A DNA stretch of 63,387 bases, filler included, from Stramenopiles sp. TOSAG23-2 (taxonomy: Eukaryota), in assembly GCA_900128395.1 (NCBI GenBank). It is 29 parts of 29 records of this genome, joined end to end, with 100 filler letters (N's around TTAATTAATTAA, not from the genome) between each part and the next. Parts side by side here need not be neighbours in the genome. Positions count along the whole stretch, not along the records: positions 46,072 to 48,151 come from LT652055.1; positions 48,252 to 50,331 come from LT652056.1; positions 50,432 to 52,510 come from LT652057.1; positions 52,611 to 54,687 come from LT652058.1; positions 54,788 to 56,864 come from LT652059.1; positions 56,965 to 59,040 come from LT652060.1; 23 more parts are not named here. One strand, given 5' to 3'. Positions 46,072 through 57,694 of the stretch are shown here, piece by piece (the first letter of the stretch is position 1; each line of letters opens with the position of its first letter). A program made the translations under genes and the position numbers. The notes beneath the pieces are model-generated. The model was not told the DNA's origin. It saw only the letters and a list, made by a program, of their open reading frames with translations, and made no database searches.

Positions 46072-48084
46072 ATCTTCCATACAAAAACAAATACGAAATT
46101 GACTTAAATAACGTTTACGATCATCGTGGAAACATTTTTCACTACAATATATTGCACGCCTGCTAATTTTACAACGTTTCAATTTCACGACACCTGGTAT
46201 ACCTTTTGCACCACAACAATCACATGCTAATGGCCATGATGCTAAATACAAAGCTTTTGATATTGGTGATGGGATTTCTTGTTTACGACGTTTCCAAATT
46301 GTTAAATTACAATTTTGATCTGGGAACTTTGGTAAATCGATGCAAGTGATTAATTTAAAATTACGATATAAATATTTTTCAAACTTTAAATTACCAGTTG
46401 TACCTTCAAATTCACCAACATATGCAAATGTCTTTCCTTTAAATTTAGTTAAACAATCATACGCCATATTATTATTTGGTGGTGGATAACATAAAAAAAG
46501 CGTATGATTTTTATATTTTTCATTTCGTAAAATATTATCATCACCAGATTGTACTTTTGTAAATCGTTTCGTTTCTTGATGATATAAATTTTCACCATCT
46601 TCTTTTGTTGCATATTTATCAAACGGTTTTATGATGATTTCTTGTTGCCTATCACTATTATTGCCATCATCTTTTTGTTGTTGTTGTTGTTGTTGATCTA
46701 ATAATAATGATGCCCAATAACCTGTCCCAGCACCAATTTCAATAAATGGTCCATATTCTTGCAAACGATTTAATACATTATTATTCGGTGTTGCAAATGC
46801 ATATAAACGACATGGCCATTCACGTTGATGATTTCTCCAATTTTCTATTTTAACACTAACCATTGGTTTTGCCCGAGCACCACTACCATAACCTGTTGTT
46901 GAACTCGCATCGTTGTTATCATAATTATTTTTAATCATATCATCACCATTCGCATTATTATTATTCGTTTGAATATAATTATTACTATAATCATTGTATT
47001 GATTATTATCAGTATTTTTTTTCCGTCGTTTCTTTTTCTTTCGTTTTTTCGATTTTTTTTTATCGATATTATTGTTGTTGCTGTTGTAATTGTGGTTATA
47101 TACGCTGCTATTATTTCCATTATTTATCACATTGTTAATACTTTTATTACTATCGCTACTGTTATTATAATTATTACTTTCTCCTCCTCCTAAAAATAAA
47201 ATGGATTCATCCATTGAATGTTGTAAAATTTGTAATAATGGATTATTATAATTATTATTATTACTATTCCATGTTCCATTTTTTTTATTATAATTCAATT
47301 CACTTGCTTTTTCTTTTCGAACTTGTTTTGGTAATTGATTGAAAAAAGACATTCGTTTCTTTTGTAACATTTCAATTGTTAAATTAGATCTATTATATAC
47401 AGATAAATATTGAATTGGTTGCAACACGTTGTTATTATTATTGTTACGACCATCATCATATGTCGTAATATAAAAATAGTATGTTTCATAATATAATCTG
47501 TCTAATTGCATTATAATAGTCATTGTTTTATCTTTATTAAAAAGACTGGTACCATTATCATATTTTTTTTGTAAAAAATTTAAATTACCATTTAATTTCG
47601 TAACATTTTCTACGATCGAATCAGACAAGATAATATTTTGCGATTGCAAGTTCTTAACAATATATAATATTTCTTGGTGACATTGATATGCCCATAATGG
47701 GTTTGAAATACAACATATGCAATATCGTATATCGCTTAAAATTTGGAAATAATGTTTAAACAATATAATTTCAGAATTAATATTATTTTTGTTTTGCTTG
47801 AACAAGATTGTATATTTCGTTGCAAGTTTATGTTTTTCAATATTATCATTATTAGTATTAATATTACTACTATGGCTACCACCATTTAAGCTAGCGGTAG
47901 TAGTATTAAAACCTGTCGTAGTTATATTATTATTATTATTATTGTTATTATTATAACCAACTTTATTAGCATCTTCTTCATATGTTACATCATTATATTC
48001 ACTTGCAACTTGAGCAAACCAATTATTTAATTGTTCTTGCTTCTTTAATTGCTTTCTTAATTGCTTATTTTTGCGTTTTGGCAT
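46072..48084 (-). CDS. Class I SAM-methyltransferase-like protein with C-terminal MYND-like zinc finger, 3'-partial
   Basis: YAFATP, IEIGAGTGYWASLL, LFLCYPP and AYVGE, then CDCCG..LKRCK..YCSEKC. Asn-rich inserts. Confidence 0.8.
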
Positions 48085-48251
48085 GATGAAATATCGAGTT
48101 GATCTGATATGTAGTACTGTATTTCTTCTTGCATCTATGTTTCTTTTGTATNNNNNNNNNNNNNNNNNNNNNNNNNNNNNNNNNNNNNNNNNNNNTTAAT
48201 TAATTAANNNNNNNNNNNNNNNNNNNNNNNNNNNNNNNNNNNNNNNNNNNN

Positions 48252-48540
48252 GCTTAGCTCTTCCAACAATTGAAGGAATTACAGCACGTGGTGCATCGTC
48301 TCCAGCAAAACCTGCTTGCCAAAAATCACTTTTTGGAACGATTACAATTGGGACACCTTCTACATCGTCTTCATCATCATTAATACCAAATTCGTGTTCA
48401 CGTTTTTTCCATGTTTCAAGGTGTACGCTATCATTAACATTTTGATTTTGTTCGGATTGATTATTACTATCTAAAACATTTTCAGCGCGAGTTTTGATAA
48501 TTCGAATATAACTTTCCATTTCCTTGCTTTGTAATATCAT
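48252..48540 (-). CDS. Divergent actin-like protein, 5' fragment
   Basis: [19 protein letters not shown] is nearly identical to the actin N-terminal signature. It is preceded by an extension of about 55 aa. Confidence 0.8.
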
Positions 48541-49043
48541 TTTGTATTGATAATAATGTACGATTTAAACGTTGATATGTATTATCATCCATATTTTGAC
48601 TGTGTAAAAAATATGTGTAATGATGTTGTTGTTGTTATTTACGAAACAAATTTGTATAATTATACGTACATAATTATTTAATACTAATATAAATATTAAT
48701 ATGATTTTATATATATATATTTAATACGAAATAAATTTGTATTTTTGCAAATTATAAATTTATATGCTATATTAAATCTAGATGTGCAGAGTGCAGATTA
48801 AAAAAACTTGGAGATAAACAAAATGTGTGTGTTTTTTTTGTTTTGTTTTGAAATTTGAATTTACTTACCGTACGCAGTGCATCAACACAAAAAAAAGGGG
48901 CCGAAAAATAGAAATAAGATGAGAAGTGAAACTCTCTCTATAAATATAATAATAAAAAGAACGAAACACACACAAAAAAAATAAGTTTTTTATTTTAAAC
49001 AGAGCCCAGAAAAAATAAATCTCTCTCCAAAAAGTAAACTGTT

Positions 49044-50330
49044 TTATATACGCACAGTACATCTTGGAACATTTGCAAATGGATTTGTAGAGTTTGGTGG
49101 TGGTGATGTTTTTCCCGACTGAAATGAATCTAAAAATCCTCGTAACTCTTCTTGTGTTAACATTGCAGCCTCCAAAGCATCTTGAATGGCATCTTTTTGC
49201 ATCCGGTCATCACCGATGAATACAAGCTCCACTCTTCTATCTTGTGTAAGCGGATGCCACAAGCTATCTTCTTTTAATCGCTCAGCCTCTTGTTGCATAC
49301 GTTCAATACCTTCACTAATATCAGCATCTGATTGTGTTTCCTGCAATTTTTCTGCTTGACTATCTAATAATTCTAATGCTGTTTGTGTCCAGATATGATT
49401 AATGATCACATTGGCTGTATTTCCGACTAACGAAATATCAAGTCGGGTGTTTGGATCAACTTGAGTCCAAAAGCATCCTTTGACTCGCAAGACACCAGTA
49501 AAAAGATTTTGATTTTGCATAAATTTAAAGAAACGTTCCGCATGGAATGGTCGTCCAAGAATCTGAAGAATAAAATTGCCAATACCATTTGGAAGAAACA
49601 CTCCTTGAAAAAGATACATGCAGATAGAACCAGGATAACAACTCATGTTAGCAGCTGCTTCAGTTGCTTTACCCCATGCCACAGCATGAAACCGAGCTAG
49701 TGTTTTGGCACAAGCTTCATAAACATTGTAATGGATACCAAATTTTACCCCGGTTGGGCCAGGTGCACTGGTAAATCCTTCTACATCTTCCATTATGACA
49801 AGGGTGACAATATCTGGTAAACCATTTGAATAATAATTATTAAATACATTGGATTTCCCATCTGATTGTAACATCCCTCTTTTCTCACAATAACATGCTG
49901 AATAATATGATTTTGGTGTAAATTGATGATGTTCTTCGAAGCCAATTTTGTTCGAATAAAAAAGAGCTTCGCTATAGGAAAACATGAAAGAACTGACGCA
50001 CATTTTACGACAAATACTGTAAAAATCGGATTTATTCATGAAATCATACTTTTTCCAATAATTTAAACGATTCAATACAATATTCCAAATTGGTCTGTAT
50101 AGAATATTACGAGTAATCCAGCCAACTTTGAACTCTTTCGCTAATTCTAGTGTTCCTAAAGACGTATATTTAAAAATCACGGAGGTCGGACCGTTGTCGC
50201 TTGCGTCTGGATCTTTATATTTAAAAAATAGTCTACGATTTTCCAAACTTGCTGCTCCACCACCATTAGTTAGGAATTCACGACCTTCAACATCATCGCC
50301 TAAATTTTTCGTCTCAAAGCTAACCGTTTG
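49044..50330 (-). CDS. In-frame join of an EcKinase/choline-kinase-like N-part and a CobW/COG0523 C-terminal domain
   Basis: Kinase-like EALFY, PKSYY, LVIMEDV and LARFHAVAW, then CobW_C-like RPFHAERF..GVLRVKGCFW..DRRVELVFIG. Confidence 0.7.
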   Translation of the reverse strand, partial: QTVSFETKNLGDDVEGREFLTNGGGAASLENRRLFFKYKDPDASDNGPTSVIFKYTSLGTLELAKEFKVGWITRNILYRPIWNIVLNRLNYWKKYDFMNKSDFYSICRKMCVSSFMFSYSEALFYSNKIGFEEHHQFTPKSYYSACYCEKRGMLQSDGKSNVFNNYYSNGLPDIVTLVIMEDVEGFTSAPGPTGVKFGIHYNVYEACAKTLARFHAVAWGKATEAAANMSCYPGSICMYLFQGVFLPNGIGNFILQILGRPFHAERFFKFMQNQNLFTGVLRVKGCFWTQVDPNTRLDISLVGNTANVIINHIWTQTALELLDSQAEKLQETQSDADISEGIERMQQEAERLKEDSLWHPLTQDRRVELVFIGDDRMQKDAIQDALEAAMLTQEELRGFLDSFQSGKTSPPPNSTNPFANVPRCTVRI

Positions 50331-50898
50331 TNNNNNNNNNNNNNNNNNNNNNNNNNNNNNNNNNNNNNNNNNNNNTTAATTAATTAANNNNNNNNNNNNN
50401 NNNNNNNNNNNNNNNNNNNNNNNNNNNNNNNGCTAAAGTGATCAAAACCGCGGCTTTTTGCCACAACCGTGCACTTCAAGATCTTTTTCCGGATAGTTAC
50501 TGGTTGTTGTTCACAACAGGATCTTTCACGTTGACAGCCCCACCGCTATCGAATGAGCCCGGCGTCCAACGCGTTCAACGAGCGCGCAGGGAAGGATAGA
50601 AACCTACTCGTGCTTGTGGAGTATTAGTTTGCAGAGGTGCATTAGAGCTTTACTATAGTATGATAGAATATTATTCTTGCGATTGAGTATTGCGTATTAA
50701 TTTTAAAATAATTATATAATTTAATTTAATGTTAAATATAATTATATACGAATATACTAGTAATTGTATTCATTCTAGAGAGTAGGAATTACGAAGAGTA
50801 TCATTTAAGTAAATTAAAAAATACTCGTAAATTTATGCATTTTTATAATTTTTAATAAAACTATTAAATAGCGCAAAATACAAAAAGAGATTTTAATT

Positions 50899-51258
50899 TT
50901 ACAACCTTGCGAGTCTTGATGGCCACGATTTTTCCATTAACGCACTATTTACTAAATTTCTAAGAACTCGTCTGTATCGAATATCATCTGTAATAACTTG
51001 AGTTCCAAAGAAAACAGCTACACCTGCCGTACGATCAACCCAACTAAAGGTACGATACGCACCACCCCAGCAATATTCATTTACACTAGCATTTACACCA
51101 AACATAGCTGGATTGGTGATAACTGCGCCACCTAACCCAAAACCTTGACCTTTCCTTGTTATCCCTCCAAAATTATCACCACCCATTTGTGCTATATCTT
51201 TTCCATCGGGAAGATGATTAATCATCATATACTCAATAGTCCCTTGTCCTATAATTCT
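50899..51258 (-). CDS. Beta-lactamase-family serine hydrolase, C-terminal fragment
   Basis: RIIGQGTIEYMMINHLP..GFGLGGAV..EYCWGGAYRTFSWVD..VFFGTQ. There is no N-terminus. Confidence 0.8.
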   Translation of the reverse strand, partial: RIIGQGTIEYMMINHLPDGKDIAQMGGDNFGGITRKGQGFGLGGAVITNPAMFGVNASVNEYCWGGAYRTFSWVDRTAGVAVFFGTQVITDDIRYRRVLRNLVNSALMEKSWPSRLARL

Positions 51259-52121
51259 CTGTACGGTATGCGTGGAAGTCGATCACGCAATGCTGTGATT
51301 ACTCGTCCTAGAGTCAAAAGTGATTTGTTAATATTTTGACTTTCCCGGAAACGGGCAGATTTTACCGATTCACCCGTAGATTTAGCGCATTCTGATCCTG
51401 CTAAATCAACTAAATGCAATTTACCTTCTCGTTCAATAACTCCATCTTTAACTTTTTCTTTTGATATTACTCGCAAGGTAAATAGACAATGCGATCGTGA
51501 TGATGCACGATTCATTTTTGTTTCTGCTACTTGCCGCCTCTCTTGTGCTTTTTGAATAATGTTAATGATTTCTTTCGTTGAATTAACTTTCATTTCACTT
51601 AATCCCATACAATGAATTTTACCACGTTGCTCGCAAACTCTTAAATTTTTTCCTTTTTCAACTAATAAATCACTCAATTCCTCGTTGTATATTTCTAAAT
51701 AAGAAACAGTGACTTTAAAATTAGCGAATTTGCCACTATTTTCCAATTGATCAAAAATTGATTCGCAGCTTCGGGGAATTACCCCTCGTTGACTATCGAC
51801 ATTGATGTCACCTTCCATGGTATATGTTTTACCTGTACCTGTTTGTCCATATGCAAATACAGTCGCTTCATAGCCTTTCATAACTTGCTCAACTATTGGA
51901 AGTAGTGTTTGATTAAAAACTTCTTCTTGAGTAGCAAATTCACTAAATACATTATCGAAATTAAAACCATGTCTCGTAGCTTTTGTGGATAATCCTTTGA
52001 CAACGTTAATTTCACCTTTTTCTGTGTTTGCTGTAACAACTGGAATAGTATTCCCACGTTTTTCACGTTTATTCAAAGGTCGTAAACGCACACATACTTT
52101 GACTGCGGATGAAGTCGCCAT
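51249..52121 (-). CDS. Kinesin-5 (BimC-type) motor domain, truncated at IPYRE
   Basis: VCVRLRPLN, FAYGQTGTGKTYTMEG, YLEIYNEEL, MNRASSRSH, LVDLAGSE and NINKSLLTLGRVITAL. Confidence 0.9.
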   Translation of the reverse strand: MATSSAVKVCVRLRPLNKREKRGNTIPVVTANTEKGEINVVKGLSTKATRHGFNFDNVFSEFATQEEVFNQTLLPIVEQVMKGYEATVFAYGQTGTGKTYTMEGDINVDSQRGVIPRSCESIFDQLENSGKFANFKVTVSYLEIYNEELSDLLVEKGKNLRVCEQRGKIHCMGLSEMKVNSTKEIINIIQKAQERRQVAETKMNRASSRSHCLFTLRVISKEKVKDGVIEREGKLHLVDLAGSECAKSTGESVKSARFRESQNINKSLLTLGRVITALRDRLPRIPYREL

Positions 52122-52163
52122 AACTTTTTCTTTTTCTTTTTGCTTGCAATTAATAAAGTGCTT

Positions 52164-52287
52164 ATGAAATGAATAAATTTCTTATACTTTGATATTTTTT
52201 GAATACTAAAAGAGATCAATATGTGATTATGAAATGAATAAATTTCTTATACTTTGATATTTTTTGAATACTAAAAGGGATCAATAT
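52164..52287. repeat. Near-exact tandem duplication, about 65-nt period
   Basis: atgaaatgaataaatttcttatac...ctaaaag(a/g)gatcaatat occurs twice. Confidence 0.9.
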
Positions 52288-52926
52288 ACGGAATGAATGT
52301 GAATGAGTTGTAATCTTATTGTGATATATAAAAATCTAAAACACATGGTGTTTTTTTTCTTCTTCGTTTTTATCGATGAGCAAATCGTCACAACCACTGG
52401 GAGTACTCCATGCATCATCAGGGCATGACCCCCCCATGTTCGTGTTGCCGTCACTTCCAGAATCGTGATCATGCCCACCAGTAGGACCACATGTACCAGA
52501 ATTACATTAANNNNNNNNNNNNNNNNNNNNNNNNNNNNNNNNNNNNNNNNNNNNTTAATTAATTAANNNNNNNNNNNNNNNNNNNNNNNNNNNNNNNNNN
52601 NNNNNNNNNNTTAAATTATTTAATCTGATAATATCCGAAAATATGCATCTCGTAAAAAAAAAAAATGGTCAAGCAAAGTGCCATTCGTTTATCAGGTATC
52701 TAACACTATGAATTTTACTCACTTATATCTCTCCACTTTCCTATATAAATACAGTACAGGTAAATGATGAGGAACAACAACGAAAAAAAAATAAAAAATC
52801 TAGGAAAAACGAGGGCAAACTCCATTCAAAACAATGTAAATATATATATGTGTAAAGATATGTGTGTATATATTGTGATAATGTATGATATACATTTTAT
52901 ATTGGAAATAATTAATAATAATAAAA

Positions 52927-53312
52927 TGATGTATTACAACGTATGGGTACTATTGATATTGCCATTGTTATGCAATGGTTTGGATATGACACGTTCATCG
53001 CTTTTAAGGAGCAAAACGGAAAGATATAATCCATCATTGCCAATACTTCCACCACCCAACGAATTTACAGAGAATATGGACCCCTCTCCAAACCAACAGA
53101 ATGAAGGTAGTGTGAATAACATAAATACAAATAACAATAACGAATGTCCATGTCGACGCGTACAACGGGATAATGGCAATAAAATGAATAATGCTGATAA
53201 TGGTAACCCGCTTTTACGTTCACAACCTATATTTTTACAAGTAAAAAGTAAAACATTTACCTCCCCCAATTCCTCTATTATTCCCAGCTTGCTCTGCATG
53301 TTTCTTCGCTAA
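52927..53312 (+). CDS. Secreted protein 5' part, running into an oppositely oriented gene start
   Basis: Signal-like MMYYNVWVLLILPLLCNG. After about 53255 the sequence reads on the minus strand as MEDARKFLQQQKAKQFLAKKHAEQAG (ATG 53360). Confidence 0.5.
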
Positions 53313-54144
53313 AAATTGTTTCGCTTTTTGTTGTTGTAAAAATTTCCTCGCATCCTCCATGGCGTTGTATTATATTATGTATCTTCTAATTATGATATAA
53401 ATATATATATGTTCTCAAAAAAAAACAATGAACATCTATATGCAATAATAACTATATTGACGACATGTACACACATATACAACATGTAATTTATTAATTT
53501 AATAATAACGACAATATTTGGTGACTTTTTTTTTTTTGGCTTTTTTTTTGGCTTTTTTTGGCCGCCGCTTTTACGAACCTACCCTATTGGGATAAACAGA
53601 TGAAGATATTAAGGCAACTTGATTTTAAGGCCAAATTGTGTATTGTGTATATTACAGGCAATTACTGTACCATAGCCACAGAATATACCTGCCGTCCTCA
53701 CACATATATACCCTAATCTAGGTCCTACAGTAGACTTTTCAAAGAAAACACTCACCCCAACTATAATAATAATATAGTATAATACATTATTATTGTGTAC
53801 ATACCCCCGCATATTCATTATTTAATCAAATCTCCACAATACAAAGAATTGGGAGCACAATTGTATTTTCACCCTGCATCTTTGTTGCCAGATGAAGGAA
53901 TTAATTATGATCATATCCCAGAAGAGTTACGAAAGGGTAATATGGAAGGCAAACCTCGCTTACCAAGGCATGGCCCTGGATTTCTAGAAGTAGCAAATAA
54001 CAATGATAGAATTTTAGGTGCATTGCCTAAAACTGAAAGGAAAAGGTTGCCTGTACAATTTACAGACGTCAAGAATTTGATGGCAAAAGTTGGGGTACTA
54101 ATTATATTTATTTGGATCCGAAAGATTAAAAAAGAATTTTCTCT

Positions 54145-54501
54145 ATGCAACATATTGCGGTAAGAGATAACAGCCTTTCAGATAGTTCGTTATTGTACCT
54201 ACTTCCTAGCATTGTAAATATGATGCGTTTAAGCGTTCTTAATCTAAGTCGTAATCGCATATCTGATAATGGTTTTCAGAATCTAATTGATACATTGACA
54301 AAAATTATGTTGGAAAAATTGGACATAAAAAGTAATGGCATTACTGACAAAGGATCCAAATATCTTCGAAAATATTTGGGTAATTTGACATCATTACGAA
54401 CTCTTTGGATAACTGAAAATAATATAACTATTGTTGAGAAGGCAAAACTGATTCAGGCATGGAAAGATACTGGAAAAAATCAAGATTCTTTGCATGTATA
54501 A
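54145..54501 (+). CDS. Leucine-rich-repeat (RI-like) C-terminal fragment
   Basis: LSVLNLSRNRISDNG, LEKLDIKSNGITDKG and LRTLWITENNIT. An in-frame TAA just upstream suggests truncation. Confidence 0.75.
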   Translation: MQHIAVRDNSLSDSSLLYLLPSIVNMMRLSVLNLSRNRISDNGFQNLIDTLTKIMLEKLDIKSNGITDKGSKYLRKYLGNLTSLRTLWITENNITIVEKAKLIQAWKDTGKNQDSLHV

Positions 54502-54788
54502 TTAGGGATGAGGCAAATTAAGCAGTAAGCAGGGTGCGATTACAACACACGGGTACGAAGAAATAATATATATATTGGTAATCAAATGTATATTAATATA
54601 TTAATATAATATATATATACATTCAATTGCTAATATTGAAGATAGTGAAAATAGTCAATTACAATCATCTCCTGAGATGTACTCTCTNNNNNNNNNNNNN
54701 NNNNNNNNNNNNNNNNNNNNNNNNNNNNNNNTTAATTAATTAANNNNNNNNNNNNNNNNNNNNNNNNNNNNNNNNNNNNNNNNNNNNT

Positions 54789-56507
54789 TACAGCAATATC
54801 AATAGTAAGAAGAATTATGTAAAGATACAACAACAAACAAATGATGAAATGAAGTTAAATGAAACAAAGCGTAATGATACCAGCAGCAGTAATAGTAGTA
54901 TTATGTTGAATGAATACAATAATAATAATGGAAGACAAAAGAAATATTCACCACCAAATAATAATAATAATCATTATATTACATCTGGGAAAAATACATC
55001 TATCAATAGGTTTCAATATAAACCTAGTAATTTAAAAGATAGACCGATGTTTTACGTAGAAAAACTACCACCTAGAACATTACCAGTAACAACAACAACG
55101 ACAACAAAATCATATGAACAGCAAGAAAAAGGAGGAGAATTTACTTTAAATAACAATTCCACATCGATAACAACAAATAACAACGACGAAAGTAGGAGGA
55201 ATATACAACAGCAAACTAATAATATTAAACATCTAGCTGAGGATAATTTTAATAATAATAATCAAATGCAAGAAAGTATGATGAAAATGAATATGTTAGA
55301 TATTTTAATTGATGAAAAAAATGAAAGTCTTGATTTTGATGATAATAATGATCATTTATCATATACTAATAACAATATTAACGAACAACTGAAGAGAGAA
55401 GAGGAGGAGGAAATATTAAAAGGAAATATGTTTCAAAACTCTAGTAATCAATCCCTCTCTACCATTTCTTCTTCCAAAGGGCCACCAGTCAGGATTAACT
55501 ACGTAGATGAAACATCGTATGACAAAAGAAACAGTGGTAATGTTGAAGAGGGTAATAATAATCGTATTACAATGAGCCAGGTGAATCAATTTATTGACAG
55601 TGTTACATCGCAAGTTATTATACCACCTCCACCACCTTCACCACCACCAAATAATAATACATTATTAACAATGTATGAAAATGAATCGTTAATACCATTT
55701 AGCAATAATAATGCCAAATCATTGCATGTAAGCTTTCAAGATGATAAAATTCCTTTGAAAACATCGTATGAGATAGAAGAAGAGGAAATGAAGAAAAAGC
55801 ATAACAAGTTTTCCAATAGTCGTGATGATGACAATAAGAAAAATAATACTTCTCATGATTCGGTTGGTCCAAGGGAGATTGAAGCACAGCGACAAACGAT
55901 TCGTCATTTACGTCAACGTGTTGATGATTTGGAACACGAATTAAGAACGTTCAAATCGAAACGTAGGCAAAGCCGGTTACAACGAGAAGCTCAACAAAGC
56001 CATAGATCGTTGCTACTTAAGGGTGGCGTTTTTCTTAAACACGGTCGTCGTGGGTTCCCAAAAGCACGTGTTGTCTGGGTTTCCCCAGATTTTAAAAAAG
56101 TTTGTTGGAGACCAATTGGTGTTGCATCTAATTCTAATAGAAAAGGAATTTTTCAAAGCAAAAGAGAACGATGTATTGAAACCATGTCTATCTCTGATGT
56201 TATATCTGGTGCAGCTAGTGAAGTATTTAGTCGATCAAAAAAGGCACTTGATATTGCATCATTTACGTTATTGACAAAAAATTCTTCACGTACATTGGAT
56301 TTAGAAGTTCAACATGCTGATATTTCAACTGAACATGGTGCCGAAATAATCCAACAAGAACGAGATGCGTGGGTACGTGCATTTGAAGAACTTTTATCTG
56401 AAATAAAAGAGGAAAATGTTGACGATGCACCATTCCAACTTGCCAATAGGAATAATAATAATGAAAGAACAGAAAGAAAACGGCGTGTCAGTGAATTTTT
56501 AGGCTGA
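54789..56507 (+). CDS. Coiled-coil plus PH-domain protein, 5'-partial
   Basis: Asn-rich N-part, then a coiled coil, then a PH fold LLKGGVFLKHGRRGFPKARVVWVS...SFTL...RTLDLE...ERDAWVRAFEELL. Confidence 0.85.
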   Translation, partial: YSNINSKKNYVKIQQQTNDEMKLNETKRNDTSSSNSSIMLNEYNNNNGRQKKYSPPNNNNNHYITSGKNTSINRFQYKPSNLKDRPMFYVEKLPPRTLPVTTTTTTKSYEQQEKGGEFTLNNNSTSITTNNNDESRRNIQQQTNNIKHLAEDNFNNNNQMQESMMKMNMLDILIDEKNESLDFDDNNDHLSYTNNNINEQLKREEEEEILKGNMFQNSSNQSLSTISSSKGPPVRINYVDETSYDKRNSGNVEEGNNNRITMSQVNQFIDSVTSQVIIPPPPPSPPPNNNTLLTMYENESLIPFSNNNAKSLHVSFQDDKIPLKTSYEIEEEEMKKKHNKFSNSRDDDNKKNNTSHDSVGPREIEAQRQTIRHLRQRVDDLEHELRTFKSKRRQSRLQREAQQSHRSLLLKGGVFLKHGRRGFPKARVVWVSPDFKKVCWRPIGVASNSNRKGIFQSKRERCIETMSISDVISGAASEVFSRSKKALDIASFTLLTKNSSRTLDLEVQHADISTEHGAEIIQQERDAWVRAFEELLSEIKEENVDDAPFQLANRNNNNERTERKRRVSEFLG

Positions 56508-56968
56508 TGACGATTATAGAATGATTGTTTACAAAAAATACCGTACACCGAGCACTTACCAATTGTGTAGAAAGTACCTATGATGGTGATAAATATGGCA
56601 GAGAAGAGAGAAGTGATGAATTTTGTTTTTACTTTTTTATATTTTTTATACTTATTACTATATACTAGTATACATAAATATATCTATACATGTCTTTTTT
56701 GTGATCCTCTATACGAGAATCGAGGAATGCCCAGTCTGTCCATTAATTACTTCCGATAAATTTAGCACTACATAGCACTAAAAACAAGATTTCAGGTGAA
56801 AATATTTATCGGAAGTAAATGCATTATTTCTATACCTTGGTTTTTTAATTATGGAATTATATAGNNNNNNNNNNNNNNNNNNNNNNNNNNNNNNNNNNNN
56901 NNNNNNNNTTAATTAATTAANNNNNNNNNNNNNNNNNNNNNNNNNNNNNNNNNNNNNNNNNNNNATCT

Positions 56969-57255
56969 GTGACGACGCAAATGGCAGCAGTGAAAATACA
57001 AGCAGTAGTAAGGGGCCGCCAACAGCAACAACGGTCTGGGAAAGCCAAAGAAGCAGCCGTGAAGATACAAGCAGTAGTAAGAGGCTATCAGCAGCGACGA
57101 TGGGCTGATAAATTCAAAGAGGAAGGCAAAGAAACACTCTCTTCAGCTGAAGTCAAAATGCAAACGTTGTCCCCCAACGAAGTTAGTGTAACCATCACAG
57201 ACATTGCTGAGAAAACCAAAGTGCCAAAACTTAATTTTGACCGTGTTTTCAAACT
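56969..57255 (+). CDS. IQ calmodulin-binding motif protein fragment
   Basis: AAVKIQAVVRG occurs twice. Confidence 0.7.
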
Positions 57256-57693
57256 ACCGACCGCCCCATTGTGTTCAACAAGCTTATCAAACGGGTTGCC
57301 TGGCGGTATATGGGGATGGGATGCTAGTCTCTGGGTAATATAGGCGTCGAAGGTGCGGTTCAACCCAGCAAACTCCTTTAGTTCGTCTTTAAATACTTTG
57401 TAATGCTGACGGATGATTTTCTTACTGATGTGGGCGTCGCGAATCAACAATTTTTTCTCTTTGGCGTTCAGAAATTCGAGAAAGTCTCTATTCACCGCCT
57501 GAGAATTTAAGTAGTCGATGGCATCGATCGTTATCTCGGTGTTAAAGTGGCGTCCAACGCCAGAGAACGCTAGTTCACACCCTCTGGTTAACTGTAAGTG
57601 CAGCGGAATCTCATGTAGCACGTTCAAGTAGTCTTGATAAATCCGGTTCACTTTTTTCATCGAGGCGTCTTTCGTGTCGTTTGATTTACTATA
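57255..57693 (-). CDS. Hypothetical protein fragment, convergent with the IQ fragment
   Basis: Coding-like, less AT-rich ORF (57088-57660 in the track, open further upstream). No recognised domain. Confidence 0.5.
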
Positions 57694-57694
57694 G

